Assembly (NCBI RefSeq): GCF_009834535.1
Contig: NC_045697.1
Coordinates: forward strand, 17,486,001-17,550,000
Origin: Camelus ferus
Lineage: Eukaryota
Length of the DNA stretch: 64,000 nt
Direction of reading: 5' to 3'
Positions 12,726 to 24,863 of this stretch are shown here, in pieces (the first letter of the stretch is position 1; every line of letters starts with the position of its first letter). The notes below the pieces were generated by a model, which saw only the letters and a program-made list of their open reading frames with translations, searched no databases and was not told where the DNA came from. The translations under genes and the position numbers were made by a program.

Positions 12726-15342
12726 CTTACAGCTCTTAGATAAAAGTTCAGACATCTAGAGACCAGCGGCTGGGTTTATTCCCTTCAGTCTCTTTGTCTT
12801 CTTTGTCCTCTTTGAACCCTTGGCTATTTTTAGCTCTGTCCTGTTGCCCAGTGTTCCTTCTAGGGGAGAATTTGTATGGGATGTGCCTTAAGGTATATCC
12901 TCTGAGATCAACCCCCTCAAGCTTAGACTGAGGATGTAATGACCCAAGGCCGTGCAGGTGGAAGTAAGAGGAACTAAAAGTGACCTAGAAGTCCTACACA
13001 CACAAATCAGTCCTAACCCCAAAGACCCTGAAATAGAGAGGGAGGAACTAGGCTTCGCAAGTCACAGCTAGTTGGTCACAGCTTCCAGCCAGAGCACATC
13101 ACTGGGTATGCCTGTTTATGTCTGACCACCCTGGAAAGTGGGGCCTGTGTCTTACTCATCTTTGTAACCCAGCAGCCGACGCAGTGCTGGAACGTGGTGG
13201 GCATCCAATCCATCTGTTGAAAGAATATTCCCTTTCCAGCCCCTCCCACCCAGACTCATTGGAGTTCTACTATTTTGGTGTTTTTTGGTGGGGAGTACTT
13301 TTAACGTCGACTTTGATCTTCCCTTGGATGCGAATTGGGGTGCACTGGGAAGATTACACAAATATTTTTCCTGAACTCTCTATGTCTCTGGGCGATGCCT
13401 GCCCAAGAATCACCTGTTTAAGTGGAGGCTCAGTCTTTGGCCAGATCGAAGTCAGCTCCAATGTCAACCCCAATCATGAATAGCAGTTGCAAGCCCCGAG
13501 GGCTTCCAGCAAGAGCACAAAGACCAGCAGAATGAGACAATTTCCACTGCCTGTAGCAAAAGCAAGGAAATATGAAAATAGAGTGAAAAGATGGGTCTGC
13601 ACTATTATCTTTATATATTATTAATAATAATACCTTTTATTTGAACGTGGCCTTGGAGCTGAACAAATGCTTTTCTCCTGTATCATCTCATTCATTTCTC
13701 ACCACTCCCTTTGAGGTATTATTCACCGATCTGCAGATGAAGAGATGGCTCTGAGACAAGCCACAACAGCAGCTGGACCCTCATGCGATCAGCTACCATC
13801 ATCCTTTAATGAGAGCTCGTGCATTCCTTGATGTCTCTTTGGGAAGATCTCAAAGTAAGTAAGGGCTTTATCATGGTCAGGTAGGTGACCCCTAGCTGAG
13901 CGACTGTCATTGTCTAACCGTTATAGGCTCACAAACCCTCTTTCAGAGAAAGGAAACATTCGCCAAGATGGGATTTTCCCAAAAGAATTCTTTAGAAAGA
14001 GTGCCTTCCACCTTGACAGTCCCCAGAGACAAACTGAAAGGACCTCGCTTAATGTCTCATCCGAAGGGTATTTGCAGTGCTGGCTTCATCATTCAAAGCA
14101 GGAAAGGCCTTTGTCATGGTCAAATGGCTTTAATGTGTTTTGAATGCTACATAAATTCAAACTTGATGGCTCATTTATTTGTTGGATTGAAGTTTTATAC
14201 AATAAACTAAGCCTTGGTATTTACTAATAACTTGTGCACTGCCCTTTGTTTGTTTAGAACAGCCAGAAGGCAAAGAAGTTGACCGAGTCCCTCATGGCCA
14301 ATATGGTGTTCCGATCCTGGCATTTCCTGGGACAGTTTATGGATCGGTGGGAGGGATGATAAAGGGTTGTTTGCAGAGGTGGCGGGGGACACAGTGGGGA
14401 ACGGAGAAGGGGAAGGATGACAGGTGGATGTTTTCTTTTTGACAGAGCTCCACCCCAGCTGTTTCATCCGCTGAATTCAGTGAGCTGGGCATTGAGAGCA
14501 CTGAGTGACAGGCTAGGCTTGGCTAGTGACTTGTGGCATGACCTTGGAAGATTCATTGTTCCCTGCTGTGTCTCACCATCTCACTCTTGGGAAAAAAAAA
14601 AAAAGAAAGAAAGAAAGCTTATAGCAAATTTTATTCATTGTTCAAGGTGAGCTTCCTTAAGCTACTCTCCTTTCAGGAGATCTTTGCTCTTTATCTCAAC
14701 TCCACCCACAAAAAATTCTTTCTCAAACTCTATCCGGCACATGGAGATGGACTTATTTTAACAGACATTTGCAGCCTACCTCTCAGAGACAGGTAATGTG
14801 ACTGCCTCTCAGAGGAGCCGCTGAGAATGCAGCATCTTTGGTTTCATTTGGAGGGTAAGAATGAGTTGTAGGAATGACACAAGTGGGCAAAATCTAGAAA
14901 TCTCGACATTTCTGTGACTGAGGAAATATACTCCTATTAACACTGGGCGACAGGATTTGCCTTCAGCACCTCCCCACTTCCGGACACCTGCATTTCCCCT
15001 TTAGGTCTCACATACAGAGTCCAGGGGCTCATTAGCTAGGACACGTTCTGGCCCCAGTGGTATACCCAAGGCAATGCCCTGCAAGACTAGATCCTCTTGG
15101 ACTCCTGGATGCTGGTGCCTGGCTGCCTGGCTGCCTGAGTCCTGATCTAAGGCTTGCTTGCCTCTCAACTCCTGCTCCTGCTGTAGCTGACACTGGCAAG
15201 CCTTTCCCCTTGTGTGCTGGAGGAGTCTTAATTTTGTTCCAGTCTGCACATCACCCCCAAGCCTCTTAGATGAATTCAGATTGGTCTAAGCTAATCAGGG
15301 CAGTCTCATTTCCCAAATTTGGCCAATGAGAATAGAGCTTCT

Positions 15343-16227
15343 TTATTATTAGGATTTTTCCAGAGAACCAATAGGATATATGCCTAGAGAAAGAAGAGAA
15401 AGAGAGATTTACTATAAGGGATTAGCTCATGCAATTAGGGAGGCTGGTAAGTTCCAAGATCGACATGGAGAGTCAGTAAGCTGGAGACCCAGCAGAGCCC
15501 GTGGGTTCGTTCCAGTCTGAGTCCAAAGGCCTGAGAAGCAGCAGGCAATGGTGCAGTTCTAGTCTGAAAGCCCGTAAGCCGGAGATCCAGGAAGAGCTAA
15601 TGTTTCAGTTTGAGTCTAAAGGCAGAATTAAAGCTGATGCCCCAGTTCGAAGGCAGTCAGGCAGAAGAGTTCTCTTATTTGCGGGGAGGGTCATTTTTTT
15701 GTTCTGCTCAGGCCTTCAACTCATTGGATGAGGCTCCCTACCCACCCAAATTTTTGATATTTGCTGACAATTTTTTTTTTCTTTTAGCTGGGAAAGTGAG
15801 CATTTTTGGGAGATGGAGAACAGGAGTAGCCTGTACCCCTTTAAATTCCATTAATACCTGGCACAGGGTTTCCCCTTAATCGTAACTCTTGCATCCCCAT
15901 CCCATTTGACACTGGGGGCAGGGGGTTCTTCTTGCATGTGGGGCTTACTCCCCTCCTCTGAAGAGTATAGTGGTAGCTGGGGGATGTTAGATGGTCTCCC
16001 CTCAAGCCACAGAGATGAGGACGTGGGTCCAGCCACATGCCAGCTTCTGTCCAGTACTGCTTTGCCTGGTGTGGGGAAGGATTGGGTCCTGTCCCCCCAC
16101 AATCTGCCTTGCTCAGTCATTTAATCTCACCCCAAAACACCTTCACAGAAACACCCAGAATAATGCTTGACCAAATATCGGGGCAACCTGTGGTCAGATA
16201 GATTGACACATGAAATTAACCATCACA
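15343..16227 (-). mobile_element. MLT2-type (ERVL) LTR interrupted by a foreign ~360-bp insert
   Basis: 'ccagagaaccaataggatatat...ggccttcaactcattggatgagg' [insert] 'caatctgccttgctcagtc...ttgacacatgaaattaaccatcaca'. Confidence 0.85.
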
Positions 16228-16248
16228 TCCCCTTTCTGCCTTAGTGTA

Positions 16249-16699
16249 TGTGATGGGTGGATTGTGTTCCCCTAGAAAGCCATGTTGAAGTCCTAATCCT
16301 TGGTACTTCGGAAGGTGACCTTGTCTGGGAATGGTGTCCTTGGAGATGTAAGTGGCTGAAATGAGGTCACACTGGAGTAGGGTGGGCCCTAATCCAATAT
16401 GACTGATGTCCTTATAAAAAGGAGAAAATTTGAACACAGGTACAGAGAGAACACCATGTGATGACAGAGGCAACGACTAGAATCATGCGGCTCCAAGCCC
16501 AGGAATGCCAGGGATTTTGCAACATCAGAAACTAAAGACATGGAACAGATTCTTCATCAAAGCTCTCAGAAGGAACCAAACTTGCTGACACCTTGTTTTC
16601 TGACTTCTGGCCCCCAGAACTATGAGACAATAAATTTCTGTTGCTTTAAGCTACCCAGTTTGAGATGCTTTGTTACATCAGCCCTGGGGAACTAACACA
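16249..16699 (+). mobile_element. MLT1 (MLT1B/C-like) MaLR solo LTR, near full length
   Basis: 'tgtgatggg...gggtgggccctaatccaatatgactgatgtccttataa...aataaatttctgttgctttaagc...aactaacaca'. Confidence 0.9.
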
Positions 16700-16709
16700 G
16701 TGTGTGAAG

Positions 16710-16958
16710 GTGTGATGCCTGGGGCGCCTGGGCCATCTTGCTACTTACTGTGAGGGAGGCTCACAGGCACACTGAGGATGACAGTACAGAGTTGGAAAAA
16801 CCTGGATCTTTGATAAATTTGTTAAGGTTGGGAACTAACTAGCTCAGAAACCGCCCTCCCTCCATACTTTTGTAATATGAGATAGCACGTCCCCTTATTA
16901 TTTCAACCATTTGGGACTGAGTTTTTTGATACTCGCCGACAAGCGCACCTGACTGATG
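16710..16958 (+). mobile_element. Older MLT1J/K-like LTR fragment (its 5' part is probably at about 15180-15340)
   Basis: 'gccatcttg...aaaacctggatctttgata...tacttttgtaatatgagata'. Upstream piece is 'ttggtctaagctaatcagggcagtctcatttccc...ggccaatgag'. Confidence 0.55.
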
Positions 16959-16959
16959 G

Positions 16960-17250
16960 ATGGATCTCATAGCTTCCCAGCTCAGACAAACCCCTCCTTC
17001 TGTGTTCCTCATCTTAGAGAACGGCATTACCATCCATCCAGATGCCCAAAGGAGAAACTTGATTGTCATCCTTGGTGCCTTCCTTTTTCTCATCCCCCCA
17101 ACTTAATTGTTCATCAGACCCTGACAACACTGCCTCCTTGCTTGGCTTTCAGTCTGCCCAGCCATCACTACCGTGGTACTTAACTGGACCCTCTGTGTCA
17201 AATCCTGGTCAACTTAAACCATCCTCCTCACCCGAGCCAGAGTGATGTTC
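16960..17250 (+). mobile_element. L2 fragment
   Basis: 'tgtgttcctcatcttagagaacggcattaccatccatccagatgcccaa...gtcatccttg'. Confidence 0.7.
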
Positions 17251-17738
17251 TATCATACATAACCTTCCCTACCTCTGCTTGGCAGAAAGTTGTTCTGTGG
17301 TGATTTAAGCCTGAAATGGGTGGCAACAGACCAGACCCAACTCCTCTGCAGAGGTCTCTTATCTCCTGGCAGATTTTAAGGGAAAACCATACCTCTTTGT
17401 CCTTCATCCCTCTCTATGCCCCAAACCATCAGTCCATACCACTTCCTAATTTCTATCAGTGTATTTCATAAGTTTCATACTATTTTACTAATCTTAAATA
17501 CAAACAGAATTGTTCTAAAGGAGACCATTCTATTTTTAAAGTACTTAGTGATATACATATGAGCTTTGCATGGTGGAGCTAAGCACCTGATCTTTTCTTG
17601 CACATTCAGAAACTGAGCATACATGAAACCAGTTTATCTGTAATTAACTACATTTAAGACAATGTTCAAGGCTAAACTTCTTAGCATGGTGTTCATTGTC
17701 ATTCATGATCTGGCTTTTAGGTGCTATTTCAGCCTCAT

Positions 17739-17987
17739 TTTTTTTTTTAATTGAAGTATAGTCGATTTACAACGTTGCATCAATTTCTGGTGTACAGCAT
17801 AGTGATTCAGTTATACATGCATAGTATATTCCTTTTCATATTCTTTTTCATTATAGGTTACTACAAGATATTGAATAGAGTTCCCTGTGCTGTACAGTAG
17901 AAACTTGTTGTTTATCTACTTTATATACAGTAGTTAGTATCTGCAAATCCCCAGCTCCTAATTTATCCCTCCCCACCTTTTTCCCCA
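17739..17987 (-). mobile_element. 5'-truncated lineage L1 3' end with perfect 14-bp TSD
   Basis: PolyT then 'aattgaagtatagtcgatttacaa...agttccctgtgctgtacagtag'. TSD tatttcagcctcat at 17725-17738 and 17988-18001. Confidence 0.92.
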
Positions 17988-18099
17988 TATTTCAGCCTCA
18001 TCTTTTATCACTTGTCCTGTGGTCAGACTCGAAGCTGCTGAAGTTATCACTCTCTCTCTCGCCTCAGGATCTTTGCAGACGCAGCTGCCTCAAGATGAA

Positions 18100-18770
18100 A
18101 TGTGTTAACCAAGAATTTCAAGAATGGAGATCTGGTTGAGGGAAAAAAAAAAAGTGTTTACATGGGGTTTGTTGGGACAGCAGCCCAGGAAGCACAAAGC
18201 CAAGAAAGCATTTGAGCTGTGTTCCCCCGGACTACAAAACAGGGGAAGCTTATAAGGGCAAAATAACACCCCCACCCACCCACGCAAGATTATATAAATT
18301 ATCTGTCAAGAATTAGGGTTGGAATGCACAAGGTCCTGGGTTCAATCCCCAGTACCATCATCCAAAATAAATAAATAAATAAACAAATCTAATTACCCCC
18401 CCTCAAAAAAAAGAAAGAAAGAAAGAAAAAATATTTGTAAAAAAAATAAAAGAATTAGGGTTGGAGCTGGCAAGAAGTAAGGGTGCCTGTTAAGCAAGGA
18501 TTGGTTGGGGTTTGAAATGATTACATAGCTGTGAAGGGTGGGTACTTTGACACTACAAAGTTGCAGCTAGCTACTGCTAGCAGATATGGCTTTTAAAAAC
18601 AGCTGATGGTGTCCTTGAGTTTGATACAGTTCAGAAAATTTAAGTTTTCAGTGATGCAGGAACGTATCCAAAACAAGCAGGAATGTATCTGAAACCACAT
18701 CCTCAATGGCCACCTGGCTGCCTTTTAGATGACTGAACCATAGTTACTCCATTTTGATTTTTGACTGATC
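18100..18770 (-). mobile_element. Probable ERV solo LTR (reverse), host of a SINE
   Basis: Reverse TATA (cttata) and CCAAT (gattggtt) occur in LTR order, ending '...ctccattttgatttttga'. Family not identified. Confidence 0.45.
18324..18449 (+). mobile_element. 5'-truncated camelid-type tRNA-derived SINE with perfect 16-bp TSD
   Basis: 'atgcacaaggtcctgggttcaatccccagtacc...aataaataaataaa...ctaattaccccccc' plus A-rich tail. TSD aagaattagggttgga at 18308-18323 and 18450-18465. Confidence 0.92.
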
Positions 18771-19564
18771 TTAAATATGTCATCAAATGCTAGCTACCCA
18801 CCTCGCTTGGCCAACTCATTCTTCAGTCCTCAACTCAGCCACTCCCTCGTCCTCCAAAAGGCCTTTTCTGACACCCTGTTATTCTTTGGTTACATATTTT
18901 CAGATTCCAGAAACAACACTGGTGCTAAAGGGCACATGTCCTGGGAGTCTCCATGTTGTGGTGGCAAAAGCACTGGAGAAAGAGCGAAGAGACCCAGGTT
19001 CCTGCCTCAGTGTCTGTCACTCAGGAAGCTGTGGGACCTCAGGGAAGTCCCGTCTTCTCTTAGGGGGTCAACTGCTCTGCCCATTGAGTGAGGAAGGGGG
19101 ACCACATCAGCAGTTTTCAGACTCTGTCCTTCAGAGCCTGAGGGCTCCAGAGACATGGCCCAGGTAAGGAGCAGAAAGGAAGGCAGGACAGCTCCTGGAC
19201 CCTGTCTTCTCATCCTATCCAGGTCTTACTGATATGTGCATGGTATGTTGTGATTTCCTCAGAATTGGGGAAAAAAGAGAAATTAAAAGCCTCAAAATGT
19301 TAGAAAATCACTGATCCTTTTAACTAAGGTCCCATTCAGCTCAAAGATCCTGTTGTGACACAGGCAGATGAGAAGAGGGAGAAGGTTGAGGAAACAAAAG
19401 GAGATTATAGCAACAGTCTGTGAGAGGAAGTGAGGGAGGCCTGGCAGCCTAGCCGAATCGCTTTGGCCCCATCAAACCTGGTCCAGGTAGGACGGTTGCA
19501 TTAGTCTGTGATGAGTCTGGACATTAGGGACGCAAAAGGCTTGGGTCTTTGGGACTTCAAACCA

Positions 19565-19700
19565 GTGACTCACACCCTGTGTGTTCATTGGAATCACCTG
19601 GGGACTTTTAAGAACCACTGATGTCAGAGGCACCTCCTCAGATGACTGAACTGGTCTCTGAGTGTAGGACTGAGGCATCTAGGTGATTCTCAAGCATCTA
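19565..19700. mobile_element. MER5-like hAT MITE
   Basis: 'cattggaatcacctggggactttaa...aggtgattct'. Confidence 0.7.
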
Positions 19701-20069
19701 ATGCTTTGGGGAGGACGGACTGTGACTGTCTTGCTCACCATCACATTCCTGGTGCCCAGCACAGATGATCTGCTGGCAACAGCAAGTATCTATTGCATAG
19801 GTGAGTAAATGATTTCATGCTCACAACTGACAGGCTTATATCTCCTTATTCAGGTTACTGTAACTCGCCGAGGTTCAGTTTTCTCAGATGTGAAGTAAGA
19901 TAAAGAATTTCTACTTGGAAATGATGCTTGAAAATTAGGAATATGTCATGTCCCCTGCCCAGCACATGGGACATTGTAGTTGATTAAGAAAATGGTAACA
20001 CCATCATTAGTAACAATTGGTATTGCTCAGATTAGGACCCCAAAATGCTGAGTTCCAGTTTGGCTGCCT

Positions 20070-20440
20070 TGTATCAGTCAAGGCAGGCTAAATTATGCTG
20101 TGGTGAGAAACAACCCCTAAGTCTCAGGGGTGTAAAACACAAAGGTTTATTCATACTCATGTGACTTGTCCATCACAAGTTGGTGGGGGGCTGCCAGAGT
20201 CTCAGTCACAGAGAACATTGTCAGTCACTGTAAGGGTAAAGAGAACCCTCTGAGCAAACACCCAGCCCAGAAATGACCCATTTCCCTTCCACTCACAACT
20301 GAGTGGCCGCATATAGTACACAAGGTTCTCTGTCAACCGCAGGGGCCCAGAAAATACAATCACCCCAGGTGCTCAGAAAGCAGAGAAGGGAAAGTTACAT
20401 TGAAGACTGAGGAGAACTATTGGTTGCTCTCAATGGTCCT
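20070..20440 (-). mobile_element. MLT1J/K-like LTR
   Basis: 'tgtatcagtcaaggcaggctaaattatgctgtggtgagaaacaacccctaagtctcagggg...aaggtttatt'. Confidence 0.75.
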
Positions 20441-20862
20441 GCATGACTCTAGATGCACCGAACTCTGAACAGTGACAGCAGGCATCAGTGACAGATCGAG
20501 GAACCCTTAGGAGCCCTGGCGTTTGCTGTGTTTTGATGCTCTTTCTTTTGGAATCAGCACTCAGATACCATTTTCAAACAACCTGACATGTCACAAATTT
20601 CACCTTGAAACATACAATTCAATGAGTTTTGGTAAATTTACAGAATTGTGCAACCATCACCACAACCCAGCGTTTGCATCACCTCATGCCTATTTGAAGC
20701 CAATCCCCACTCACACGCCCAGCCTCAAGTAAATATTAATCTGTTTTCTGTTGTTGCATATTGATCTTTTCTGAACATTTGAAATTATGCAATACATAGT
20801 CTGGTGTGTCTGGCTTTTTTCACTTCACATAATGCTTTTGAGGTGCGGTCATGTTGTAGCAT

Positions 20863-21376
20863 TAAAGGATTTTGGAGCTGCTGAAGGAAAAAAAAAAATA
20901 CGACCAGGAGAGGCGGTAACATACAACTAGATTTACTGGGTGGTGCTTATGATTGCATGAAAGGGGACGTCTCTTTCAGGATGAGACCATGCAGAGGCTT
21001 AAGGCCCTGGGGCCACCATCCTGGAAGGAGAGGAGAGCAGAGCAAGGGAACTAACAGTGAGCTGGGTCAGAAAGGGGGCTTGCGTGTCTAGGTGACGTCA
21101 CTTAGCTGCGCATGGCAATTCTGGGTCAGAGAAAAAGACAGCAGCAGCTTGGGGTGTTACCTTTTCTATTGCTAGCAGATTTGGGGTGAGGTTCAGTGGA
21201 GCATGCAAAGTAGGGAAGTTTAAATGACTAAAAATCTGTTTGTTTGGATTTATTTTTAGAATAATTGGACATATAAATATTTGTTTCATCAGGATTTTTT
21301 GCTAGTGGGTCTTAGTCTGCAGAAATAAACAACCTAGGGGCCAATATGCAGAGGCCATATTTGGCTCATTTTACAA
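20863..21376. mobile_element. LTR-like insertion inside the L1 3'UTR, 5-bp TSD agcat
   Basis: L1 consensus 'catgttgtagcat|rtatcagt' is split by about 515 bp ending '...ttttaca', with agcat on both sides. Confidence 0.65.
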
Positions 21377-21387
21377 GCATATATCAG

Positions 21388-21722
21388 TTTCTTTTCTTTT
21401 CTTTTCTTTTCTTTTCTTTTCTTTCTTTCTTTTCTTTTACTTTCTTTCCTTCCTTCGGCTTCATTGAGTCCGTAAGTTTGCGTCAGTAGTCCGGTAGTGG
21501 TCTTTTGCTTGCTTGCTTGCGTCCTCTTGCCGTTAGGTAATTCTTGGTACTCCTTTCGGTCGGGCGTTCTTTCTTCTCTTTCTTTCTTTTTTCTTTTTTT
21601 TTCTTCGTTCTTCTTTCTTTCTTTCTTGTATTTCTTTCTTTCTTTCTCTTCTCTTTTTTCTTTTTCTTTGCTTCTTTTCTTTCTTTCTTCTTATCTTTCT
21701 TTCACTTCTTATCTTTCTTTCA
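21388..21722. repeat. (TTTC/TTTTC)n pyrimidine low-complexity tract with an aberrant central block
   Basis: Seen directly. It generates the spurious F/S-rich and K/E/R-rich ORFs at 21497-21790. Confidence 0.9.
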
Positions 21723-24700
21723 TGAATTGTATTCCATTGCATAGATACACCACATTTTGCTTATCCATTCATCCGATGATGAACATGTGATTCTTTCCAA
21801 TATTTGTCTGTTATAAATAATACTTCTGTAATGTTCACAAACAAGGCTTTTTCTTGAGCTATGTTTTCATTTCCCATGGGTAGATTCCTGGGACTGGCAA
21901 AGCTAGGTCCTATGATAAGTTTATGTTTAACTTTTTAAGAAACTGTCAAGCTGTTTTCCAAAGCAGCTGTTTACATTTTATATTCCCGCCAGCAATGTGG
22001 GAGGGGTTTAATTCCTCCACATCCTTGCTAACATTTGTTATTGTCTGTCTTTTTGACTATGAGCTTTCTAGTTGGTGCAAACTACTGTCTCATTGTGGTT
22101 TTAATTTGCATTCCCCTGATGACTAATGACATTGAGTATTTTTTCATGTGCTTATCAGGGATTTATATATCTTCCTTGGTGATATGACTATTCAAATCTT
22201 GTGCCTGTTTTAAAATTGAATTGTTGTCTTCTTTATTTATTCTGTTATTTATTCTGGATACAAGTCTTTTATAAGGCATGCAATTTGCCAGTATTTTCTC
22301 CCACTCTGTGACTTGTTTCTTCATTTGCTTAATAGTCTCTTCTGAAGCACAAAGTTGTTAATTTTGCTGAAATCCAGTTTATCAGGTTTTTTCTTTTACG
22401 GATCATGCTTTTAGTATTGTATCTAAGAATCTTTGTCTAACCCAGGGTCACAAGGATTTATTCCTATTTTTTTCTTTCTAGAAGCTTTATAGTTTTAAGT
22501 CTTAAACTAAACCTTAGTTATTATATATTTTGAATTAATTTCTTTAATGTATGGTGTGAAGCAAGGATATTCATTTGTCATGTGGACATTCAATTGTCCC
22601 AGCACTGTTTGTTGAAAAGACTATTCTTTGCCCATTAAATTCTCTTGGCATCTTTGTTGAAAGTCAATTGACCATAAATATGCCTTTATTTCTAGACTCA
22701 ATTCTGTTTAATTTAAGCACATATATCCTTAGGCCAGTGTCAAATTGTCTTATAGATTTATAGTAAGTTTTGAAGTGAAAAGTTCTCCCACATTTTCCTT
22801 CTTTATCAAAATTGATTTTGCTATTCTGAGACTTTTGCCTTTTCATATTATTTTAGGATCAGCTTGTCAATTTCTGAAAAAAAAAAAAAACCTTCTAGAA
22901 TTTTAGTAGTGATTGTGTTGAATCTACAGATTATTACGGAGATAACTGACTTCCTAACAATTTTGTCTTCTGATCCATGAACATGGAATGTCTCTGTATA
23001 TATTCAGATCTTCTGTAATTTCTCTCAGTAATGGTGTGTAATTTTCAGTGCACAAGTCTTACACCTTATTGGTTAATCTATGGTTAAATATTTTATCTTT
23101 TTGATGCTGTTTGGAATGAAATTATTTTCTTAATTACATTTTGTGGGTTGTTAGTTACTACTGTGTAGAAATGCAATTGATTTTTGTGCATTGATCTTAC
23201 ATCCTGGACCTTGCTGTACTCATATATATTACTTGCAGTAGTTTAAAAGGAAACTTGTATGGATTCCTTAGAATTTTCTCTACACAGCATCATGTAATCT
23301 GCAAATAAAGAACAATTTACTTCTTCCTTTTAATCTGGATGGTTTTAATCAAAATTTTTTGCATTAATTCACTAGCTAAAACCTCTAGCAAAATGGTAAA
23401 TAGAAAGTAGCACCAGAGGACATCCTTGCTTTGTTCCTGGTCTTGATGGGAAGGCATTAAGTGTTTCACCATTAAGTGTGATATTTAGCTTCAAGGTTTT
23501 CATGAATGCCCTTTTTCAGGTGGAGAGAGCTCCCTTCTATTCCTTGTTTGTTGGAAATTTTTACTTGAATGAGTGTTGGATTTTGTTAAATACTTTTTCT
23601 GCATCTGTTGAGATGATCATGTGGCTTTATTCTCTTAAAATGGTTCTTCACATTAATTAATGCTCTGATGTTAAACCAGTCTCGCATTACTGAGATAAAT
23701 TCCACATGGTCATGGTGTGTAATTCTTTTTATGTGTTTCTAGACTCGTTTAGCTAATCTTTTGTCGAGGATTTTTGTGTCTGTATTCATGACAATATTAG
23801 TCGGTAGTTTTATTTTCTTGTGATAGCTTTGTCTAACTTTGGCATCAGGGTAATACTGACTTTATAGAATGATTTTGGAAGTGTTTCCACTGCCTGTATC
23901 TTCTGTAAGAGTTTCTGAATGATTGGTATTATTTATTATTTTAATATTTGATAGAATTCACTAGTGAAGTCATCTGGGTCTGAAGTTTTTTTGTGTGTGT
24001 TGGGGTTAAGATTTTTATTTACTAGTTCAAGTTTTTTTGTTGTTGTTGTTATAGGTGTATTTATACTTTCAAAATTTCTTCTTGAGTTTATTTTGATAAT
24101 TTGTGTTCTTCTAGGAATTTTTCCATTTCATTTAACTTAATTTGTTGCCATCACATAGTTCATACTAATCTCTGTAATTCTTTTAATTTCTGTATGGTAG
24201 GTAGTAATAGCTTCCCTTTCAATTCTGATTTTTGTCATTTTTGTCTTCTTTTTCTTTTCTTTTGTCAGTCTAGCAAAAGATTTGTTAATTTTAAAAACTA
24301 TTTTCAGAGAGCCAGCTTTTGGTTTTATTAATTCTTCAGTGTTATTTTGTTTTTTATTTTGTCCACTATCGTTTTTATTATTTCCTTTCTCTGCTTTGGA
24401 TTTAGTCCATTCCTTTTCTCTAGTTTCTTAAGATTTGAGATATTCTTTTATAACATAAGCGTTTAAATCTGTGCATTTCCTACAGCACTGCTTTAGCTGC
24501 GTCCCATAAAGTTTTGATATATTATGTTTTCATTTTCATTTTCATTCATTTAAAAATATCTTAAAATTTCTCTTGTGATTTTTTTCTTCGACTCACTGGT
24601 TAATTTGAAGTGTGTTGTCTAAATATTTATGGATTTCTTGATTTTATTTCTGTTGCTGATTTTAAATTTAATTCCTTGTTATTAAATATTAAACTTTTCC

Positions 24701-24863
24701 CCTACAACACCTTCAATCTGTCCTCTCACTGCCTTCTGGCTTTCATTTTTTTTAATAAGGAGTCAGCTGTTAATTGTATTGTTGTCTCTCTGTGAAGAGT
24801 CGTTTTTCTCCTGTTTCTTTCAAGCTTGTCTTTAGTTTTCAACAGTTTGTATATGATGCATTT

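Noticed and set aside
15788..15801. 8-nt microexon-like signal (ag|ctgggaaa|gtgagc)
   Set aside because: It is not frame-preserving, lies in intergenic TE context and has no known host transcript, so it is probably coincidental.
21497..21790. F/S-rich and K/E/R-rich ORFs
   Set aside because: They are translations of a (TTTC)n tract.
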